A stretch of 64,000 bases of DNA, from assembly GCA_964187785.1 (NCBI GenBank), contig OZ076409.1, positions 8,434,001-8,498,000 on the forward strand. The letters run 5' to 3'. The notes beneath the pieces were generated by a model that did not search any database, was not told the origin of the DNA, and was given only the letters and a program-made list of their open reading frames with translations. The DNA comes from Amphiscolops sp. MND2022 (taxonomy: Eukaryota). Of the stretch, positions 35,793-48,202 are shown piece by piece (the stretch's first letter is position 1; each line of letters begins with the position of its first letter). Both the position numbers and the translations under genes were made by a program.

Positions 35793-38700
35793 TGTTAAGA
35801 TCGCTAAATCTAAGTTTAAAACAGGTTAGGTATGGTAGTATCTCTTCAGCTGTATTGTATCTATCTCAAATACATAATGGTAGAGTAATGTATCTTTTTC
35901 ACCATATCAACTAAAAATAAATAGAGCAGTAGCTAAGTCAGTTGTGACAACAACACTGTTGCTCTTTTTGGATTGTGACATTCGTATGTCACATTCCCCC
36001 CTCTTCATGTGGGTTTGTGGTTTGGGGGTTTTGTGGTGTTGATCCCGTATAATACGGTTGACTTCTTCTTTTGTCCGTATATTACGGTCTTCCTCTTCTT
36101 CAATGTTTTGTAGTGGTGTCGTCCGTTTTTGCTGTAACAAATTATGGTATATTTATTTCTTTTACGGTTATTATTGGTTTGGTAGGAGATACCGCCTAGT
36201 TTATCGGTTTGTTTTGCAAATGGTAGTCTTCTAGACCTTCTTACGGGTGTTGTTGGTTTAGTTATTATGTGGTCGTGTTTTATACCTGTCTCCGGCGATA
36301 GTCTCGTTTCTTTCGGGTGGATTTGTAGTTCGTCGTCTACATTCACGCTTATTGGTCTGCCTTCGCTGTTGTTGTAGCAGTTAAATTCGTCATCTGAGAC
36401 GATGCTCAGGTCTAGGCCCGTCATGTTGCCGGTATTCTTTTGTGGGGAAGTAAATTGTCCCTTCTCATTTCTCGGTTGATCTTTCCTGCGGATCCAGTCT
36501 TCACTGTTGTCGTGGTTGTTTGGTTTTGGTGGTTCTTTCCTTCTGTAGACACAAGTTGTTTGTGGCTCAGTTGATTTGGAGCAAGACGGTTGTTCCGCAG
36601 TCGTTTGTCGCGTGATTACCTGTTGTATTGTTCTGAAATGGTAATGGGTTGGATATTAGTTTTCTGTGTATTACTTTTTTTATCGGTGGTAACTGTATGT
36701 TTGGTACCCAAAATAGCTGTTTGTTGTTTGTTACTAAATTTGCTGCCCAGTGAATTCGTTTTGTAGTTCTTTTCGTAAAAAGAGAACGGGTATTTATTCG
36801 TACTGACCGTATTTGGCGGTTTTTTCGTCTGGGAGAAAGTCATCCCCCGTCTGTATTTTGGGTCGGTCGTCTTCTTCTTGGACATCACCAAGTGGTTGGT
36901 GATTTCGCCCGTAGAGCTTCGGGTTATGTACACAGACAAGTCTTTTGAATCGGCTGAAATAGCATTTTTTAAGTTGGTTAGTTTCATTCTGGGTATTCGT
37001 CCAAAATGGAGTTCAAAAGGTGTTTTTTGTAGTTCAGAATGGGTTGTAAATCTAAGCACATGTAGTGTTTTGTCTAAACTATTTCTAAGATCGGTTCCGT
37101 CCTCTAAATTGGCTTTTAGTAGATTCTTCATGGATTGGATGGTTCTCTCAGCCAATCCCGTTCCAGTATGTAAATTTGCTGTACCGTTTTTACGGGTAAT
37201 ATTGTTTTCATTACAATATTTGATAAATTCTTTTGATATGAAGGCGCTTCCTTTGTCTGTTTTAATTGATTTCGGAACGCCGTAAATATTGGTATATTCC
37301 TTTAGGAATGTTATAACGGATTCATGGTTCGTATTTTTGCAAATTTTTGCTACCGGCCATCGGCTATTGCTATCGACGGCGATTAGTATGAAGGGGGAGT
37401 GTTCAAAATGTTTACTATTTAGATTTCCGGTGAAATCCATTTGAATTTCTTCGCCTGGGTTTTCTGGCGGTTCTATTTTTTTTTCGGTACTGGGTGTTTG
37501 ACATTTCAAATTCTTACCGGCGTTCAGGCAGGCAGAGCAGGTTTTTGCTTTTTTCTCAATGTCGGCCCGCATGTTCGGCCACCAGAATATGGCTGCATCG
37601 CCACACATCTTGTTGATTCCGGGATGCCCGAAGTGGAGTGCGTTCAGTGCTGCGTATCTGAGGCTTCTTGGGACGATAATTCTGTCGTCGACCATGGTGA
37701 TTCCCCAGCGGTGCGTTAATCTCTTTATGATTGGTTTGTAGGCTTCTGGGGCCTGGCTGAGGTTGTTGTCTTCGATGCAGCATTGTAGTTCAATCAAGTC
37801 CGGATCTGCGGCGGTTTCTTTGATTAGGGTTTCAAGATCGAGCATGAAGTCTAATTCTGCCGCTCTAACGTTATCTTCTTGCTTTTTGTTTCTTGTGGCT
37901 TTGTTTTCTATTACGCGGTTGATGCGTACGTAGCGTACCGCGATTTCCTCAATTGGCCCGTCTCTAAATTCTTGTACCGGGATAGCCGGGTATGCACCGG
38001 GTTCTTGAGTTATGACAGGTTCTTCAGGGGTAGAGGAAACCGTCGACTCGGTTTCTCTATTGGTTTCCATTGGTGTTTCTGTCGATGTGCCGTGTTCTTG
38101 GTGTTCTTGTGACGATTGGTCGCCAAAGTTTTTGAAATATCCTCCGCCGATATGAGTTATTCGGTGTTCTTCTGTCCGCTTTAGTCGGAGGTCGATTCGT
38201 TTCACTTCTTTTCGTTCTTCTTCGTCCGGTCTTCTCGGTACTAGAATTTGTCTTTCTAGTTTCTTGTTCTAGTGGTGGCGCATGTTCCCGGGTTTTGTTA
38301 GTGCGATCCGTTGTCTCACTAAGTCTTTGGTTTCCGGCGAATTGTCTCTTCTTTTTATGATTTTCATGATTGTATCATCCGCACCCCAGTGGTATTTCAG
38401 TCTCCCCTCTTCGTCTCTGGGGTATCTCTCCGGTTCTTGTGTATCTTCGTTGTTGTTGTTATCCATTGTCTGGTTCTTTTCTAAGTTCAAATGATAATTG
38501 TCTGTCACGGTATGATTAATGTAATTAGCGGTCGTTTGAAAGTTTGAATGATTGTTTGTTTTATTGCAGCGCGTACCAGTCTGAATGCGTCGCGTATCAT
38601 GCATGACTGCCGTGTTGGAGTGATTTGATTGGTTGAAAATTCGGCCGATGCGGTAATTTGCCGTTACAAGTTGCGCGATGGCGTTAATCACGAATTCTTC

Positions 38701-40815
38701 TTCGTAATTTTCTTCCGGTTCCGCTATTTCGGTGGGATTTCTACTGATAAAATCCGTGAATTTGATTTCTTTTCCCGCGGTGTATTTTAATGTGATGTCG
38801 AAATGATTGAGTCTGTCAAGCCACCGGGTTAATCGGGCACTATAATGTTTATTTGATTTATTCTTCTTCAAAAGCGGTTCCAGGGCTTGGTGGTCGGAGA
38901 ATAATTGAACTTGTTTTCCGTATAGGTGAAATCTGAACCGTTCTAATCCCCATACTACCGCCAATAGTTCTAGTTCCCCGACTGAATATTTTTTTTCTGC
39001 GTCGTTAAGGTATCGGCTGGCGAATGCGATTGGTTTTAGGTCTCCACTGCTTTGTTTCTGCCATAATGCTATTCCAAGGCCGGTACCGCAAGCGTCGGTG
39101 GTTACAATATTTTCTTTGTTTCGGTTGTAGTGTGCAAGGCATGGTTGTGAAGTTAGTTCTTTCTTGATTTTGTTGAAATCGGTGTTTCGTTCTTCTGTCC
39201 ACTCCCATTTCGTATTTTTCTTGGGTAATTGTCTCATGTTGTCGGTTTTTTCGGATAGGTTTGGAATGAATATTGCAAAGTATTGGATCGCCCCCAAAAA
39301 GGATTTGAGTGTTTTTGTGTTGGTCGGTGGGTTTAGTTTGTTTATGGCTTCCCGTCTTTTCTTTGTTTGGTCTTATTCCATCCTGGGCAATAGTGTGTCC
39401 CAGCCAGACTGTCTCTTTTAAGTAAAATTTTGACTTTTTCTTGCTCGCCTTGTAGTTTTCGTTTTCGAGTTTTGTGAGTACTGATTCTAATTTTTGGGTG
39501 TGTTTTTCTTTTGTGCCCCGTGTGACCACTATGATATCGTCTAGCCATACGGGTGTTTCGTGTCCGAGCGTACGGTCTATCTTCTCTTGGAATATTGTGG
39601 GTATGTCTGCTGGTCCGTAAAATCCTTTTCGGAAACGGTAATATCCATTGATTTTTTCTCCTGTGATTGCGAAGTTGCAATGTTTGCTTGTTTCGGGCGC
39701 TAATTTCATTTGGCCGTATGCATAGTCCAGGTTTATTACGGATATCCAAATTGGGTCGGTATCGTTTTTTGATAAATCCGCGGATATTTGGTTGAGCAGT
39801 TCATCCATGTTCGGCATGTCTGGTCTTTTCTTTATGCAGCTATCGTTCAGTTTTCTGGCGTCTAATGCGATTTTGACAGATTTGTCTTTCTTTACCGTAA
39901 TTACTACGGGTGATACGAAGCAATCATCTTCGATTGTTTCTAGTCTTTCTAAGTGTCCGGATTCTATTAGTCGGTCCCGTTCGTTTTTTACATCTTCTTG
40001 CAAATGGTAGGGTATCCGTCCTGCTTTTTGTTGTATTGGGTAGCATCCCGGTTTTATTTGTATTTTGACTTCGGCGTCTTTTATCGTGTGGTTGGTGTTG
40101 AAGAGTTTGTGGTATTTTTTGTATACGCTTTCTGATTGGTTGGTTTCGTTGTTCAATGAGATTTTGTTTATTGTTATTGGCAGTTGTTTTAACCAATTTA
40201 CTCCCAGTAGTGGTGTGATATCGTTTCTTTTGGCGATTAGCATCGGTAGTTTGGTTGATACCCCGTTGTATTCCGCGGTTACCCATGTTTTTCCCATGAA
40301 TTTGATTTCGTTTTTGTTTACGTCCTGATATCTTTTTTTCATTGGTTTGATTTCTTTTGTTTTGTGTATTTTCTGGTCTTATGGCATGATGGTGACCGGA
40401 GATCCGGTGTCGATGATAAATTTTTGCTTTTTCCCGTTTATTATCATTTCGACGCCGTAGTGGTCCTTGTTGTCGGGTAGTATTTTGTTTATTGGTGTTA
40501 TTTGGCGGATTTCTTCGGGTTCGCTTTCTTCTTCTTCTGAACTTGTTTCTTCCAGATAGTTGATTCTTCTTTGGTCGTTTCTATCTTGCTGACTGCGCCA
40601 TGTTAAGATCGCTAAATCTAAGTTTAAAACAGGTTAGGTATGGTAGTATCTCTTCAGCTGTATTGTATCTATCTCAAATACATAATGGTAGAGTAATGTA
40701 TCTTTTTCACCATATCAACTAATAATAAATAGAGCAGTAGCTTAGTCAGTTGTTTATGAGTTTGTTTGACAACAACACTGTTGCTCTTTTTGGGTTGTGA
40801 CCTTCGTATGTCACA
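35793..40815 (-). mobile_element. Ty3/Gypsy LTR retrotransposon, element C; short LTRs, gag deleted, degraded pol
   Basis: LTRs 40601-40815 and 35793-35993 (TG...CA, 14-bp indel); TSD AGGGT; PBS TGGCGCAGTC; PPT AAGAGGGGGGAA. Confidence 0.93.
36005..40590 (-). pseudogene. pol: Element C pol (protease, RT, RNase H, integrase) with stops and frameshifts
   Basis: FIIDTGSPVTIMP* near 40400; ALDARKLN/WLDD RT; TTDAC...ELELLAVVW...FSDHQAL RNase H; HFGHPG...CSAC and QMDF/KTDKG/LAERT integrase. Confidence 0.92.
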
Positions 40816-40969
40816 AGGGTAAGTCTTGGAAAATTGCCAAAGGGAAATTTTTTTTACATTCTTTTCTTTCTTCGAAAATTAAATATTGAAATTAAATATT
40901 GAAAATTATATCTTGAAAATTTTATTACATCAAAAGTGTTCTCAAAATTTCCAACATGAGCCTAATTTC

Positions 40970-41432
40970 GGACCATGTCATCTATCTCCCCCCTAAATTG
41001 CGGCGAGGGGGAAATAAGACACAAGGTTCAAATACGATTATGTCGACATCGTTTGCGTTGAAATTTTGGTCCAATAAAATGATTGATGTCGGCATAATAC
41101 TAATCATTACATTGACTGTCAGTTAAAAGTTGCTCATTGGATTTTATAGCGGGCAAAAGTTGCACTGAAATAGGGGCCTTTTTATACAATTCTAACTTGT
41201 TCCAAACGCGAATTTCTGCTATTTTGGACACTTAGTCTTAGGCTAATATCAAAAAATTATGGTAATTTTCTACCTGAAGTGTCCAAACAGTTGTACAGAC
41301 AATCCTCTAAGTATAATACATTCATATAATATTCTCTTATTAGTGAAATATTTTTATTCAAGAACAAAATGTGCTTTGGTGTTGGGGGATTCCCAGCAAG
41401 GTGCACATGGGGGGAAATAAATGACATGGTCC
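40970..41432. mobile_element. MITE-like element with GGACCATGTCAT TIRs
   Basis: GGACCATGTCATCTATCTCCCCC and GGGGGAAATAAATGACATGGTCC; imperfect AATTTC flanks. Confidence 0.6.
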
Positions 41433-42428
41433 GAATTTCCCCTAAGTGAAATAAAAGTTTCTTTGGATTGAATCTATTGAAGGCTGTATATACAATTACA
41501 TCAAAACTACCTCAAAGAGCATTAAGTTTGGCGGAACGTCAAAGAACTATTTAGATGACAAATTTAGCATTTTATCAAACGCACGTGCGCAAACAGTTGC
41601 GCGCCAGTTAAGTTCCAAGTACATTCAAGTTCGTTCTGTTATTTTGCATGGCAAAGCGGCGTTTTTGTGTTACTTTACAATCTTGGTCTGAAAGAGGGAG
41701 TTTAAATGGTGGATTCCCAAATGAAATAAGAGCAAATAACATAAAAATTAAATTTAATTAATTAAATTAAATTAATTAAATTAAATTAATAACAAAAATG
41801 GGTATCAAAATCAAGAAAGTTGATTAAGAAGATAACGACAACAAAGTCGGCACAGAAACCTAATTCGAACTGAAGCTTGGAGAAATTTACAAAGAAACTG
41901 TTTATTTATGATTGATACTCAACAATTTATCAAAGATATTACAATGAGATTTACAAAATATGGATTATTAATTCATTAATTTCCTCATTGCCTAATGAAC
42001 AATTTATAATTTACCATGGAATGGGTTTCACTAAACATAGAAATAAAATTGTCCACGAGAAAGTTTTAGTGGTCAAAAGCATTCACAATTCGAAAGATTC
42101 ACCTAAAAAGGTCTAAAAATTATAGATAAAATTTCGTGAGTTCGATTGTCTAATCGGCTATTCGGTTTTATTTTCATGTTGTATGAAACTAATTTCATTT
42201 TTATGTTAATTGGGTCTAATTTCGTTTCTTTTTAAATGTTATTTGCTCCTATGTTATTTGGTACGTCGTTTAAATGAGAACCATGGACGCAGAGGAACAA
42301 TTGGAACAGATTTTATTAGATGGGTTTCGGCTGCGAAAATCCAACACTTATATCATCAAAAAAGGCTCATCAACGTCAACTCAATACCCTGGAAAGTGTC
42401 AAAATATCTAAAATTTTACACCTATAAC

Positions 42429-42789
42429 CAGAGTTTTGACACCGCTAATCAGCAATTCAGCGAATTAGCGGCCGCGCAGGAATTTTTCTGCGATTTTATT
42501 AGCGATTCAAATTAGCGGTAACTAACAGACCCTCCAAATTCAAAATTTCTTCTGGGTATAGACGGTGTTTCAAAATGAATTTCGGAAAAATTCCAACTCT
42601 TACCCGTGTAAAACACGCAGAGTACAAAAAACTAGAGTCTTTTTTCTTCCAAAAACCGAATAAGTTATTTTGAAACATACTTGAAGCTAAACATTTGATA
42701 GTTTGGAGAAAAAGCTTTTCAGCGAAATAGCGATTTTCAAATTAGCGGTTTAGCGATTAGCGGAAAAAATTAGTGATGTCAAAACCCTG
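42429..42789. mobile_element. hAT-type MITE, copy 2
   Basis: Same TIRs as 30154; exact 8-bp TSD CCTATAAC. Confidence 0.88.
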
Positions 42790-44611
42790 CCTATAACCCT
42801 AATTAGCATTGTGGTACGTTTTTGCAACACTTAGGATCTGCAAACTTCTAAAGGCACCAGCTGACCGGATGGTTTAGAAAACTCATGAATTAAATTTTCA
42901 GACAATAACTCATAGTATCGCACGCATTTCCAAGGATTGTTGACTTGATCTCTCCAAAATCAAGAAAACAGAACCAAAAAATCAAAACAAAATTGAGCGC
43001 AAAATTTCGTTTTTCCTGTTTTCTTTTGTGGCCACGTTATACCACTGGGGATAAGAATGGGTCAAAGTGGCTCTAGCATGTTTTGAAACCTGCTGAAATG
43101 CAGTCAGAGACAGGACCTGTGCAAAGTTTGGGCGCAAAGTCCGGACCCAGTGCGGCAAAGCCCCCAGCCCAGCAGTTCAAAAATCACATAGAAAGCATTG
43201 ATTTTATTTTTTCGAACGCGCTAAAAGTCGTTTGTCGGACTTGAATAGTTCAAGAGATATTGCGTTTTGAAGTATAAGCACCCCATTTTTGGATAGATCC
43301 GGAAAATTCCACCTCTATTCCGGGTTAATCATATTGATCGCAAACCTCCTAAAATTCACACAAGTCTGAGGAAAAACCTTCTTTAAACAAAATATAAATA
43401 TGTTTAAGCCGAAAAAGGAATCGTACCATTATGACAGAGTCTATCAGTACTTTATGGGACATCTGTTGGCTTTGGTAACTTTTTCTATTCGTTTTGGAAT
43501 TAAATCAAATAAAGACTTGATATATTCGTTGGGAATTAGGTAAAATGCTGGTTCAATCATTATGATAAATGTCCGAAAGTCGTCTGTAATATGAAATTCT
43601 TGGTCGTTTGTCTTTCTTTCAAGATGTGCCGTAAAGTGTCTCTGATATTCAAGTCCAGAAATATCGTTTGTCGCAATTCCATCGATAAATTTTGAAATTG
43701 TCGTAACTGCATGCTAATATTGGTCGCTTAACGTGTTAACTCAGGTGGCGGAACCTGCAGAAAGTGGTGTATCGCAAGGACAAGGTATCGCCCATCACCA
43801 CAGATCCATTTTTCTTCCAGGGTTGAAATACGTCCCGTGGGTGCTTCGACAAATATTGTCCAACCGGTCCTAGCCTTTGATTGCCATTAATAACGGGCAT
43901 CTTCTTGACTCTCTAAAGACCAACCCCTAACTAGCACAGATGTGAATTTTGACAATCGACTGATTTTGCTTTACCAGAGTTTGCCTTTTCATATCTTTAC
44001 TCTCATTTCTAGGGGTGAATTTTTGGCACCCAGATCTCTACAGAACATGTCATTATCATTATGAAACAGAACGTTGAACTTTGCAAAATTCAGCCAATTC
44101 TTCCTGCGATCTATATGATTAAGGGTATGAGGTAAATTCTCGGGTTAGAAGTTTGAAAATCAAATTGAATATGCGTTTGTGTTGGATGTTTTCTGTAAGT
44201 AAGGAATAATTGTTCGGTCAAAGTCAAGTTCAACAAAAACCATGCAAGTTTCCATTTTCTTTGACTGTCGTTGTGAGAAATGATACTCTGTCGAAAAAAT
44301 CATTCTGTCATTCCTAAAATTAAAGTTTATATTTTAAAAAAAAACGTTTTTAGAGCCTGTTTCACAGTGAGTTTACCAGTAAACGTGAAAATGTCAGATG
44401 AATTCGTAATGAAAATTATCAAAAAAATTGTCATGATCAATGTTGAGGTTTGACACTTTTTTCCGTTTTATACAATTTTTTCCGAAAATTATTTTTTGTC
44501 CAAAACATCATGTTTGTTTTTGTTTCTCATTGTTTGCTTCATAGAAATGCGGAAAATAACTGCAGACGTCAAATAAAACACAGTCAAATATTTTCACTTC
44601 ATTTTCAATTT

Positions 44612-46135
44612 TGTAAGGACTATGATCCTTGTTGTTTCTAAGATCACAGGCAGACCGCGAGTCCTTTTTTGTAATTTTAGATTTGAACCCATTGTTCCTT
44701 CCAGTGTTCTCCTGACTATCAGGGGACAAACTGGCCTCAGTGTCCCGATTCCCTGAAGATGACATTGAACTAACATAATTCTGAATCTCTGGAATCTTCA
44801 TCTCAGCTATTGCTGTACTGATTGCTCTATTTATTTGTCTATGCATCATAGACATCATTGAGTCCATCTCTTGAGAGAGTCTCATGTTAAATTCGCTTAT
44901 GAAAGTTTCCATCGTCTCTTGAAAGCTATCCTGTCTAGGGATCATGTTTTCATGGACGTAGTGTCCAAGGTCATTTTCGTCAGAATCATTCTCTCTAGAT
45001 TGCAAGTTAGACTCATTGTCACAGTGACTTCCTGAATTCTCAATTACATTTGAAAGCTCTCGGTCAATTGGATTGACATTGTCATTCCCGAGTATAACGT
45101 ACTTATTTTCAAAATCGGACATCATGACCATCTCTCTCGACTTTCTAGCTTTTGCTTTTTGTCGTCTTGTGGAAGGCATAAGAGACTATTGCAAGAGGTA
45201 AGAATTAAATTTATTTAGGCTTGCAAATCAAATTTTGTAACAAAGAATATTAAACAAACTGCAACAAACTTGTTTCATCAAAATAAATTTTTGTCCCCAA
45301 GACGACGTGTCCCGGTTATTTATAATGAACGTTGCATGACTCGCAAAATATTTCCAATCATGTGTCTAAAAATATATTATATCAGCGCTAAAAATAGCTC
45401 CGTCGTCATGTCTTCAAAGGCAATATTTACCGAAAATGACGGGTAAGGCGCCAAACTGCAAGGCTTAAATATAACCTCATAGGACAAGCAGCATTACATG
45501 CATTATATTTTACATGAAGTATATACGTATCCATGCGTTTGTATACATTGGAAAATAGAGGGGGATAGCATGTCCATTTACACATATGAACATATGCTCA
45601 TCATCAATTCGCTTTATTTACAAAGTTGGACTCAGTGTCCATTTGCCAATCTTTGCCAAGCATACTACAGTTGTATAGGTGCGTGGCCGTGCTCGGCCTT
45701 TAAATAAACAAGCACATCTGTAGCAAATGAGCGCATCTGACTGGTCAATAAACTAATTGGACCGGCTATCCAAGGCGACAGGCAAAGAAACATTTGAACA
45801 CGTTTCCTTTGCCTGTACGCCTTGGTGTCCAATTACTAATAAATCACTGTTATTTTACATGTATAAATATAGTATAGCAACGTTGTATCAATTTAATTTC
45901 CTCAATTTGAACCAAATGAGAACTAGTTTGATCTCAGGTCCCATTATTAATTGCTTACTAGGGAACGGTACAAAATATTAACATTCGATAAAAAATGAGT
46001 TTAACAGTTCCATTACAGTTCCTTTTGGACGGCATGTCCATTTTCCTCAGTGAAGCGGGATTGTCCCAGGGAGAGTGTTGTAGTGGTTATAAGAGATTGA
46101 ATACCAGTTCCCATCGCATGCGGCAGTCTGCGACA
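44612..46135 (-). mobile_element. Solo LTR of the element A family (1524 bp)
   Basis: TGTCGCAGACTGCCGC...CCTTACA on the minus strand; exact TSD AATTT (44607-44611 and 46136-46140); encodes the ORF3 tail and the gag N-terminus MPSTRRQKAKARKSRE (ATG 45179). Confidence 0.93.
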
Positions 46136-46424
46136 AATTTAACATCAATAAATGAGTTGTATGAGTTGTAATGAAATTTCGCCAAATCTCGTCCTTCTGT
46201 CGGGGAGTTTCAATTGAAATCTGAAAAAGAAAAACTCATGTAACACTGTAATCTGTAACGTTCTAATCACTGATCTTACAAAAACTGTATTAGAAAAAAA
46301 ATAAAAATGATTTTTTTTCAATGCTGTTTTAAAGCTTATTCTTTTACTCTTGTTTAAAACAGCTGTTTAAAACAATGCCAAGGTTGCTTAAGACTTTACA
46401 GAGTGCTCTATTTATCTTGACAAG

Positions 46425-46725
46425 ACTGTCGACACTTTTCAAACGCGTAACTATTGCGATGGCAGATTCGTTGGTTGGTACTGAGAATAGTGCCACAGAC
46501 ACACACAGTAGTTTGCACACCAGTAGAAGAGTTTCCATAAACCTGCCTCCTATTACGTCATCCGGAGAGAGCCAATGTGCTCCACTGTCATCGGCCAGAA
46601 GTGCCAAAAGAAGACTGGACACTTATGCCAAGAGACACAAGGTCTTCCGGTTCAGGAAACCGTTAGTGTTGCTACTGCGTGACATATACCTAAGCAAAAC
46701 TCACATACAGTTGAATGGAAGATAG
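46425..46725 (+). CDS. Possible terminal exon of the host gene with exon 33908-34241
   Basis: Open coding-like frame ending TAG, AATAAA at 46736; a phase-2 but weak AAG acceptor at 46424 would join in frame. Confidence 0.3.
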
Positions 46726-46738
46726 AATGTTCTAGAAT

Positions 46739-47336
46739 AAACAAGCAGGGAACGGCCCAGTTCGACGCCGTATCTAAGGCTCAAAAATAGCAAAAGCACT
46801 TCAAAGTGTCAAAGTCTTCTCTTCCACAGTACCTGAAAAACCCAAAAAGTTGAACCGAATTGGCGCGCCTGGGGCCCCCGGTGCGCTAAAAGAGGGGCCC
46901 TTTCGCAATTTTCTAACATCCATTGTTGCAAAACATCAAAAAATTGAAGGGGGCCGCCCTTTGTTGAAACTTTTTTTTTCGAAAAAAAGTCTCACAATGC
47001 CGAAAAAAACTGAAAGGGGGGACCCTTTCGGATTTTTCAACATCCATTCTGTCGCAAAAGATTAAAAATTGAAGGGGGACCCTTTGGAGAATTTTTTTTT
47101 GAAAAAAGTTTTACAACGCCAAAAAAACTGAAAGGGGAGACCCTTTAGTCTCGCCTGGTTTTGTATGATAAGCGGAAACTTTTTGGTTCAGTTCCCTGGG
47201 CCGAAAGGTACAATATAAAATTTTGTAGAACTTTTGGTAGAACTATTTTGGTCAATTCAGGTGTATCGAAAAAAAACACTGACGAAAACCCATCACTATA
47301 GTTGATTCTTTTCTCAAGAAAAGCGCCGACTAAAAA
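46739..47336 (-). mobile_element. Helentron/DINE-like non-autonomous repeat
   Basis: AACAAG...GTTCGACGCC at one end, AAGCGCCGACTAAAAA at the other; internal GAAGGGGGACCC repeats. Confidence 0.65.
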
Positions 47337-48202
47337 GCATTGGTTTGATAAAAATGAAAATAGTAGATACCTTATAGATTTCACAAATCTGTGCAAAAGA
47401 TTTATGATTTAGTTTCTCTCCCTTTATAATATTGTAAATTTTCTCTGACGTTTTCCAAAAAAAAACGATTAGTTTTAGAGACTCAATCTAATATATAACT
47501 AGATATATCCAGTATACCTCCAAAAATGAACACGCTTCGGTTTTAAAAACAAAAATTTTAAATTTGGAAACATGTGAATTGTTATATGGCCATTTTTAAA
47601 GTCACCAGAGTTTAGGCATACCAGAGTATTCATTCAAAATGGAGAACCGGCACCGCGAAAAGCTCAAAAGCCAAAAATGCATAAAGAAAAACGACTAATA
47701 CAGAAAATCAGCGACGGATTTAGAAGCTTTTCTTTTAAACACCTGCTTGTCTTAACTGTATTATAACCTAAAGCTCAGTCACTAACCATGGTGCATTTGG
47801 TACAAATTTACTTCCATGCGTTTTCCTACATGAACGCACGTGTTCTAATTACGATACACCTCTACACATTGGGAAGGGGAACTTAGCTTACCTCAAAATT
47901 CCTATCAGTGCCCTTGGTTTGCGCAACTGACATTTTTTTCTATAATTTTCGAAGTTCTCATTTCACAGCAATGGGACTTTTTACCCCAAAAGCATTTTTT
48001 GTTCTGTACAACGCTGAAACCAAGCCAACACTTTCGCGTTTGAGTTCTTTTTCAAAGTCTTCAGCTTAACCTTAATAATCTCTGCGAATTTACTCAATCG
48101 CATTGTTAGCTACAAAAAGTTTTGACATCGCCAAACACTCAATAGCTTTAGAAATAACAATACCTTACCCGGCCATTTATATACTTATAATAATTAATTA
48201 CC

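Noticed and set aside
41745..41790. (TTAAA)n-like tract
   Set aside because: Simple low-complexity sequence
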